NCBI RefSeq assembly: GCF_003918875.1
Contig: NW_025767492.1
Span: 1 to 64,000 of the forward strand
Reading direction: 5' to 3'
DNA length: 64,000 nt
DNA from: Haliotis rubra
Taxonomy: Eukaryota
Part shown: piece by piece, positions 55,180 through 64,000 of the stretch
How the letters are laid out: every line of letters begins with the position of its first letter
Position numbering within the stretch: the stretch's first letter is position 1
Made by a program: the position numbers and the translations under genes
The notes under the pieces: generated by a model
Told to the model about the DNA's origin: nothing
Database searches by the model: none
The model's input: the letters and a program-made list of their open reading frames with translations, nothing else

Positions 55180-56773
55180 ATGGCTTTTCAGTGGCTAATA
55201 TGCTGTAGCCAAGCATGTCACCAGGTACGTTGTTGACATACTTATACAGTCAATGATTGCGTGAAGTGTAATTTGTATGTACGTAAATGTAAGAAAACGT
55301 CCCAATGTCTCTGTTCATTTTGTCTTACTATCCACCTTGAACTATTAATTGATCGTTACACGTAACTACAATAACATAGTAAGCTTTATGTAAACATCAG
55401 AATTGAGGATTCTATCATATTTTGTACATACAGAGTATTCCCTGTTTTACCTCGGATCCGAATATCTTCACACAATCACGTCACGGGGACACATATTTTA
55501 ATCCCCGTTCTACAAAAAACAAATACCATAATTTGTTTAAACGCAAATGTGTCTCTCCCCGAAAATCTAAATGTGTCTAAACGCCCCACTGTCTCTGTGT
55601 CTGTTCATCTTGTGTCTCTGTCCATTCTGAACTATTAACTGATTGTTATACTTAACTACAATGACATTAAAGCTTTATGTATACATCAGAATGTAGGATA
55701 ATATCCCATGTTTTACATACAGAGTTTTTACTGACATACCGAGGATCCGAATATCTTCACGAAGTACACGTCACAGGGACACATATTTAAATCCGGGTTC
55801 AGTGAAAACAAATACCAGCATCACCTATTGTAACACCATCATAACACGTGTATGCTTGATCAATCTTTTTTCCCCTTATCTGCGTATCGAGCATTGTCAA
55901 TGCAGGTCATATTGTGCACATCTCGCATCATTTTATGATCTTATTGTATTATGATCAGCAAATCTTTACCAAGAGACATAGACATAATTACCTCCCTTGC
56001 ATCACAGGTTTTGAAGGCGACTGATGAGTTGGATGAGGAGATTACAAGGAAGGACATAACAGATGTAATGCCGGATCGTCGTGTAAGTTGAGTGTAGAAT
56101 ACAGCACAGAATGTTCCTACCCATGTACAATTACATTTCTACTGATTGTTATATGTTTAACATGTACTTATGTTTCAATGTGGTGGACATACATGGGACA
56201 AAAACCTTCATCTTTAATAGGAATTATAAGACAACATAACAACTCCAACAATCAGCAAAAGGAAAATAACAGCCCTGAGTGTTATGAATGACTTAAACGT
56301 GATATGTTCATACAATCAGTTGTCACAATTACACAGTTTCGTATAGTTATTCGCATTTGTTTCAAAACTGCATCATACGAACTTAATATGTGCTGAACAT
56401 TTCATTGCCCTTACTTTTACTTCAAAGCACATTTTCCTTTCTCAAAATGAACATATCATTGTTTCAGTGTTCAAGAGAGGACTGGGCCAGTCATCTGACA
56501 GAAGAACAACGGATGGCTCCTGTGACAGAGAGAGTTGTGTTGCTGGTGTCGGAGTGCCTGGGTGAAGGTTGGGAGACGGTCGGACTCCGACTGGGACTGT
56601 CCTATGCTTGTGTACAGAGGTGTAAACTGCCTCGCTGTATGCTGGACAAGTGGAGGATGAAGGAGGGTGGGAAGGCTACAGCGGACGTGCTGGTGAATGT
56701 CCTCCAGGAGAGTGTGTATACCTGTACAGTGGACATGTTTGCTGTTGTCAGGTGTTTTCAACACACTGCCTAA
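55180..56773 (+). CDS. Death-domain gene family A copy 5 (exons ending 55224, 56008-56082, 56468-56773); original start lost
   Basis: The ATG is replaced by TAG at 55135. An in-frame ATG at 55180 gives MAFQWLICCSQACHQ|VLKATDELDEE..|CSREDW.. (141 aa). Confidence 0.65.
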
Positions 56774-58584
56774 TATTCACAACATATATCACCGGTAGGC
56801 GCTGCAAAGATGAGGATCACATTTGTTCAAGACCATTGACTGTGTCGCATCTGGATGTATGAAGAACATGTACAATGGAACTTAATTACGTTAGAGATTA
56901 CTATTACTGATCATCTCCTGTGTTAAGTTATGTCTAAGTTATGAAGTTACTAACCTGTTGCAAAATACCTGTTGCTGCTATTTGTGTGTATATATACAGA
57001 TTTTCACTTGGGTTGGTATCATTTCCAACAACTAATTCATTTAACGTTGGAACTAATTTGGGTTCAGGGCACATTGATATTTGATCAGTTTAGTGACCAT
57101 TGCTGGTGAACATTTGTTACTATGATTTGATATATTTACGGAAACCTTCACTCGAATTAAAGACGTCTCTGAATTGTAAGACGCTAATGTGACAAGAGTT
57201 CAAAATTTGTCAGTTTACAGGCATTTCCGGAAATATCATGTCATTTCAGAAACAGATATTGAGTATTTTGAGTATAAAGTATGCTGTTGTTTGTTTTTGT
57301 TTATCTCGTCAATGTCAACGTCAATGGTTGTGTGCGTTGATATGAGTGATTTAGATCCGGGACTTCAGCAACCAATCCTTGTCGTTAGAGGCGACTAACG
57401 GGATTGTGTGGCCAGGCTCGCTGACTTGGTTGATACATGTCTTTGTGTACCAAATGCGTAGATGACTCGATTACTCACAGACCGCTGTCATTAAGTTTGC
57501 ACATCGCTGAGCGTAAACAACAAATAAAGAAGCGTTAGTTTGGATCCGATATTTGTGTCTCATTCGAAAAGTCGGTGTAATGTATGTGCACTCATGCGTA
57601 CACATAGCATCTAACACCAACGAAGAGATACGTAGAGATTTCGCACAGTTTAAAACACTACTTTAATATGACAGCGTGATGACGGGAAGTACATTATGCC
57701 ACTCAAAATATACTTCATGGATGCATGTACGTCATTAAGAATGCATACATTATTCGATCTATTTCAATATCATAGATGAAAAGTAAATGTTCTGATCAGC
57801 ATAATTCACAATTTGTAATCTAATGTTAATTATGACATCTACAAAAAATATGTAATTTAGTCAAATGCATTTAACCTGACATATGCTATATTGTCGAACA
57901 AAATTATTTTATACCGAAACAGAAGTTCCTTTGGTTCTGGGATCCGATTGAAACTAACACTGTTTGGTTATTGCAAAACATCAGCAGTCGCCGTATATTA
58001 TCAGAAACATGTTTGTCATTTATGCAACGCACATTAGTGAAATGTTGTAGAAAATTATCAAAAAGCATATCAACCCAAGTTCACTAACAGTTGGGTTTCT
58101 ATAACATGTCGGGGCCATCATCAAAAAGATAACAAAGGATGCCCAGACATTATTTTCATTTCTAAATAATGATCCACTGAATTTCACAAGACAGCATGTG
58201 CTGTATATTATTTTTATATACAGAGTATCTGAAACAGCAATAGTTACAAGCAAACATTACCAAAGCAGTTCTGAATCCGAATCTTATGGAAAATATTACA
58301 CAGACATTAATTGTGATCATAACAATAAAAAACAATATAATTCTTTAGAAAAAATAATGAACTACTGATTTTCATAAACAGAAGCGACAAAACCTTTTCC
58401 ACATTAATAAGAAATCTCAGCTAAAAAGCAGAGTCGATGATACAATTGTGACTGAATCATGAGTATGTGTAAGCTTCAGCAGAATTCTAGCTGTACGATC
58501 TTGTTTGTAAACAATCGAGTCTGGACCAGACAATCAAGTGATTATCACCATGCGATACGATGACAGAGCATGGGTTTATGCATT

Positions 58585-59490
58585 ATTCTAAGATGCTTAG
58601 CGCTTAGAACAATCGAACAAAAAATACATTATCAGACAATAAAGGTATAGTTTTTTGATGACGTAACAATTGAATGACGTTATCCCGTCACTGCGCTATT
58701 CTAGTGTGCCCCCTCGTAATCGAACCATTTTACATTACGTCACAATGTAAGCGACGTCACGATGCATGTCAGTTGTCATCGCCTCGTACAACCTCATACA
58801 GTAAACTACTGCGTTGCATCCCGTTTTTGGTTTGCAGTTGCTTCACTCACCTAACATCACTGGTGGAAACATCACGTTTATGTTTTCTGACGTTTTAAAT
58901 GTCTCAATTCGACTCGTAAGTTTTCAGCGACACGGTAACGTTCGCAATGTTTACATTCCACAATGCAATCGTGGAATGTCGCTAGACTACTCAGCTTCGT
59001 CTGGATGTACTGATCTAAACATACGTTGGTAGTAGAAATGCGACGTTCACATGGTTTACGTTAATCACAGATGTAATTAAAATCCTTTATAGAAGATATT
59101 TAATCCGAACGTAAACCGTCATGAAACTGTTTATCATTTGTTTTTCTGGTAACGTTCGTCTTAACGTAGGGGGGCAGACACATCAATAGAACAGCGCGCC
59201 CGTTAGCCCTGTGCGAGGATTCTTAATTTAGGTCACCGACACCGTCGTTTGTTTTCTGCCTTAAATTAATCGTAATTATCCTTAGAAAGAGTTAAATTTG
59301 CCATCTTAGAAAAGAAATACAGTTCACTCTACCACCATGTATAGTGTAATAAAACACACTTTCTCCCTGAACTATTATGACGTTAAAGCACTCGGACGCA
59401 AGCGTCCTCGTGCTTTAACTATAATAGTTCAGGGCAAAAGTGTGTTGTATTACTATACATGGAGGTAGAAACGAACTATGACTTTCTTAA
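58585..59490. mobile_element. About 900-bp non-coding insertion ending in an about 180-bp imperfect palindrome
   Basis: Absent from the paralog at about 32460. Hairpin 59312-59488 is centred on GGACGCAAGCGTCC. Confidence 0.75.
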
Positions 59491-59671
59491 AGTATGAAAA
59501 TAATTGATGATACCAGGTGTTTCCTGTCCCACCCGATATAAATATATGCAAAGCGTAGTCAAATTGGTAACCTGAAAATATTTCGGAACGTATGGTATAA
59601 GTCAAAATAGTGACTTCCATCGGACATCGTTGTTGTCACTGATACGTTGAGTTGAGGTGTGAGTTAGATCA

Positions 59672-60504
59672 TCAGTGCTCCTTCAACACGGCGACGACAC
59701 CCCACATGTCTATATTGCACACCTGTAGACTCTGCTGTAGGATCATCATCATATTCCCCGCTGTAGCCTCCTGACCTTCCTTCCTCCTCCACGTGTTCAA
59801 CATGGCAAAGATCTGCGTCACACAGGTAGAGTGAGTCATCTTGCACCTCTTTACACGCACATAAGTCAGCCCTAGACGGACGCCCACCGCCTCCCAACCT
59901 TCCCCTTGGTTCTCCGACACAAGCAGCAATGTCTTCTCTGTCAGGTGTTTTTCTCTTCCTCCGACAGCTGATTCCGCCAGTCTGTATTTGAAGGGACAGG
60001 CTAGAATATACAGAAAAGTTCTGATAGAGGTATGATCAACCCAATGTTGCATGTAATTCAGCATTACTACATGAGAAATTTTTATACCTGCTCGGCAAGT
60101 ACTACCATTATTAAATAGTAGTGGACAAAACCATATACAGTGACGCTGTTAATGTGAATCTCTCAATCAATTTACGTTTAATTGTTTTTTTATGTCCTGG
60201 GTCCTAGGTCCTCAGGGTTTAGGGACTGCTCGGCAAACACTACCATTACTAAATAGAAGTGGACAAAACCATATAAAGTGACACTGTCATTGTCAATATC
60301 TCATATAATGATTTCTTTCCGCTTTACTTCTTGTCTGGATACCGTGGCCAAATCTTCAGTTGTGTTTGGTGTGTTTAAAGTGTACTTTCATGAATAGCCA
60401 CGCCAAATATATATTCGTTAAGTGTTTAGATTAATTAATAAAGCCAATTATCCTATTTTGTAATTTCTTCTGAAACAACAGCAAATAGCCCCCATCGTTT
60501 GCAT
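59672..60504 (-). pseudogene. Death-domain gene family C copy 2 (exons 60504-60457, 60000-59672)
   Basis: Exon 1 reads MQTMGAICCCFRRNYK but the donor GT is changed to AT. A 4-nt deletion in exon 2 shifts the frame relative to C1. Confidence 0.75.
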
Positions 60505-60917
60505 GTCAGAGAATCGTCCTGTCCTAGAGATGAAACACCTTGTACGATGGTTACCTACTGGTCACCTTTCAGCGCCTGCACGTTGAGATACTGACTGCTA
60601 GTGACGAGCTAGATTCGAGATACTGTATTAATAGATCCATATCATTGCGACACACGGAAGTTCAAAACTTTTCAATGGATCCGACATGTGCTGCTTCAGT
60701 TATGCTTCTTTGACCATTGTGTCAACAACAAAACTAATGTCTGTCTCTATGAAATCCATCCATTCACATGCACCTTATAGTTTAAATTACCAGCAGTACG
60801 ATGAAACTGTGTCACGATCCGAAAACTTAGACACACTGATATGCTGTCTTCTGTTAACGAGAGTTAACTTGCACGGATCCGAACTTTAACCATATTCTGT
60901 ATACACCTCGCAAAGTA

Positions 60918-62504
60918 TACACCTGGAAAAAAGTATTGCAACACCTTCCTTTTTCAATGACATTTCGCTGCATAGATGCCGCCAATTGATGCAAATGGTA
61001 ATGCATTGTTAAAAGAGTGTGTATTTGAATAAAAAATGACGACATTAATGTCCAGTTGATATTCACTTCAATGATTTAATTGCTGTTACAAATACTGGGT
61101 AAATTGGGTAAAACGTACACTGGGAAAGTATGGGGTTAGCAAGACAGTACATGGGTTCACACACGTGTAATGCATATCTCACCCTAGGGCACGAAAGAAT
61201 TTTACCAAAACATGTGATAATGCCAGTATCGTGTGTAACCACCTCCCGCCAGGACAACCGATTGAAGACGCTCTCTCACAGAGTCCACCAGACGCTGTAT
61301 CTGTCTTCGAGGTAGGCTATTCCACTCCTGGTGGAGAGCAAGTTCCAAGTCTGCAAGATTCTGAACTGGTGGAACCCTCTCACGCTCACGGCGTCCTAAA
61401 ATGCCCCAAACTGGCTCAATTGGATTGAGATCTCGACTTCGTGCTGGCCATGGTAACGTTGTGATTGCTTCCTGGCGTAAGTAATCCGTCACTGCCCGAC
61501 TTCTATGGGGCCTTGCGTTGTCATCCATGTACACTGGCCTTGTGAGAATAGAGTGATTGTCAAAGTGTGACACAACAACCCTCTCCAAGATCTCCCTCTG
61601 GTATCTTTGGCAAGTAAGATTACCCCTCACAGAGACAAGCTGAAGCTTACAGTCGTAAGACAGACAACCTCACACCATAATCGACCCGCCAACATATGGA
61701 ACCTGCTCCGGAATGTTCCTCTGTGCATATGCCGTGTTTCTACGACGCCATACACGTGCTCTGCGATCCACCATGTACAGAAGAAAACGACTTTCATCAG
61801 ACCAGTGAACCTTTCTCCAGGATGCCAGGTTCCAGCCACGACGTGCTCTACACCAAGCTAAAGTGCGGCTTTGCGTCCATCTGTTAACAGGGGTCGTGTT
61901 ATTGGTCGTCTAGCACGATATCTCACAGCTTTCAACCGGTTTCTGACCGTCCTGTGGGAAAATTGCCTGTTTGGGCAACCAGTCCCTTTTCAACACCGTA
62001 CTTGTAGCAAATGGATTACGGCGTACATGTCTCATCAGAACTACGTCTTCTCTTGCAGATGTGCACCGGGGTCTACCTGAGCGATGCCTGTCCCTTACAT
62101 CTGCTGTTTGCTGGTGTTTTCGTACCAACCTACTGGTTGTGGAAGGATGATGACCAACTTGGATAACAATTTGTCTCAAAGACATTCCAGCATTTCTCAT
62201 GCCAATTATCTGACATCTTTTAGCATTTAACAACTGAGGGGGACCCATTTCATCAGTTATTGTCTACTCCAGTGCTTTGGTGTGATGATAACACGTTGCA
62301 ATGATGAATGGCCCAAACGTGCTTTTCAGAATAAGAAGAGTCTACGTATTCAACGGGTTGCAGCTGCAGCAGGTGTAGCGCAAATATCCATTGTGATCAT
62401 GTAGGGTGAGCATATCATATCTGTAAACCGTGCATCAGTCTGTGTAACAATATTTTATATTTCGGCAATTGATTCTGGTGTTGCGATACTTTTTTGCAGG
62501 TGTA
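60918..62504 (-). mobile_element. Full-length Tc1-family transposon, frameshifted
   Basis: 28-bp TIRs TACACCTGGAAAAAAGTATTGCAACACC / GGTGTTGCGATACTTTTTTGCAGGTGTA with TA TSDs. Motifs SGRPR, DDNARPH and SRDLNPIE. Empty site at about 33880. Confidence 0.93.
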
Positions 62505-64000
62505 TATAATTATTTATTGTTACAATATAGATTCACGTCAATGACAGTTATGAATGATCCTCAGAGATTAATAGGGCTGGCAATGATGATCGATAATCGG
62601 AAACATGGTCGAATTTCTTAACTTTTAACAAATTTAGGACTTAAATCATGGTCTGCTTCTAAATTATGTTGAGAGTGATGTTTTGTTAATGATCCATGCC
62701 AAAACATGTCATCACTCACTAGCGAAGTGAAATAGTCATTTCTGGCATTTTTGCTCAAAGTTCCGATATTATCGATTATCGATCGATACATAGTTAATGA
62801 TTATCAGTCTCTATGATCTAATTCGATAGCCCGTTCTACACCTTAATATATACGTTTTCAACACAATTTAGCCTGGTACGCCTAATGGAACCTGTTTGAC
62901 AGCTAATCAGATGATTATTCTCTAGTTTTATGTTTATCATCCTATTTACACCTAAATGATATACTGATATATCACCTCTTTACGAACACATGGTACCATC
63001 GCTATTTGATCGTGATTCATAAACACATGCTGATGATGTAGTGGAAAACATACAAGTGACTCTGCACTTGACAGAGGTTTCTGGGGGATGTGGGGAGGTT
63101 TTTGTCGGAGTCCAACCGGGAATATAAGTTATGAAAATTGGAGACATCATATTTTGTCTTCAGACTTGCTGACTTGCTTGACAGATGTCCCTGATCCCCA
63201 CGGTGCTGATGATCCAGTGATCAACAGCATGAGCATCGTTCTGCGCAATTGCGAACCGATGACATGTGTCAACCTAGTCAGCCAGTCTGACCTCCCGATC
63301 CCGTTGGTCACCTGTTACGACAAGCATGGGTTACTGAAGATCAATATTCTAACCCGGACCTTCACGGGTCCGATCCCCATGGTGTAGATGGATGCTCATA
63401 ATGTCAATCACTGGTTGTTGGTTTTCAGATTCAACTATACAAAGAACGTCATATAGCTGGAGTACTACCGAGTGTGGAATTGAATAACAAACACAAGAGC
63501 ACCAACTCCCTTGTGACTCATAGATAGTTTGTGAAGTTAATAATGCTCGGATTCCTATGTAACACACCTTCGCCACAAACCAGGTCACTGTGCTTGACTG
63601 TGATTCGATCAACAGGTCACATGATCACATTCGGTTGTATATCTAGTTAGCTGAGCCCGGTCTCATATCACAAGTGGACGACGCGTAAAGGAAGGACACA
63701 TTTCAGGAGGACAGTCAATGTTCGTTACGAGGAGTTTGTTACTGTGTTCAAAGTATACAGTGAGGAGCAATTCGACTCGTGAGGTAATACAGTGAATGTA
63801 TTAACGGATTTTATACGTTAATAATCTTGAAAGGTGAGTATTATTTTTTCAGTTGGCTGTATCTTGGGTGTAGCAAAGATTCAGTTCTCACAGAGACCTT
63901 TTAACAACACACGTTGCAGAATGATAACTCACTTGAATATGAAATAGGGTTATTTATGTTAACAAAACCAAAAATACTGCTTTTGCAGCAGAAGTTGTGC

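Larger units (their letters stand above)
23000..63370. repeat. Nested segmental duplications
   Basis: About 23.0-34.7 kb matches about 49.3-63.4 kb. About 35.2-43.9 kb (without the LINE) matches about 45.6-50.0 kb. Confidence 0.9.

Noticed and set aside
23049-56773. Dscam/protocadherin-style array of alternative terminal DD exons spliced to one constant exon
   Set aside because: Each DD exon has its own adjacent first coding exon, and family C is on the opposite strand. Independent genes are the simpler reading, though shared phase 0 would allow cross-splicing.
59672-60064. 130-aa single-exon ORF as the intact family-C gene
   Set aside because: Its N-terminus is intronic and out of frame. 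Comparison with families A and B shows C1 has the ancestral frame and C2 carries a 4-nt deletion.

Overview
AT-rich animal genomic DNA with spliceosomal introns, SINEs, LINEs and Tc1/hAT/Harbinger-type elements. The (ACTC)n-tailed SINEs suggest a mollusc, probably an abalone-like gastropod (inference). 1-19.9 kb is mostly transposon debris: a LINE whose ORF1 carries a 2A-like StopGo motif, several MITEs, Tc1 relics and a frameshifted IgGFc-binding-domain exon. About 19.9-63.4 kb is a tandemly duplicated cluster of ten small spliced genes or pseudogenes in three families (A x5, B x3, C x2), plus an intron-only B relic. Each gene joins a short basic, Cys-clustered N-terminal exon (MGAICCCF in one copy, suggesting lipid anchoring) through a conserved phase-0 intron to a single PIDD/RAIDD-like death-domain exon. 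The ORF track misses these gene models. The cluster carries about 44 strand-polarised GATCCGA motifs, and I found none in the first 19.9 kb. A full-length R4/Dong-like RLE retrotransposon sits in a (TTA)n tract inside the cluster and begins exactly at a predicted HDV-like ribozyme. All counts and alignments were done by eye.
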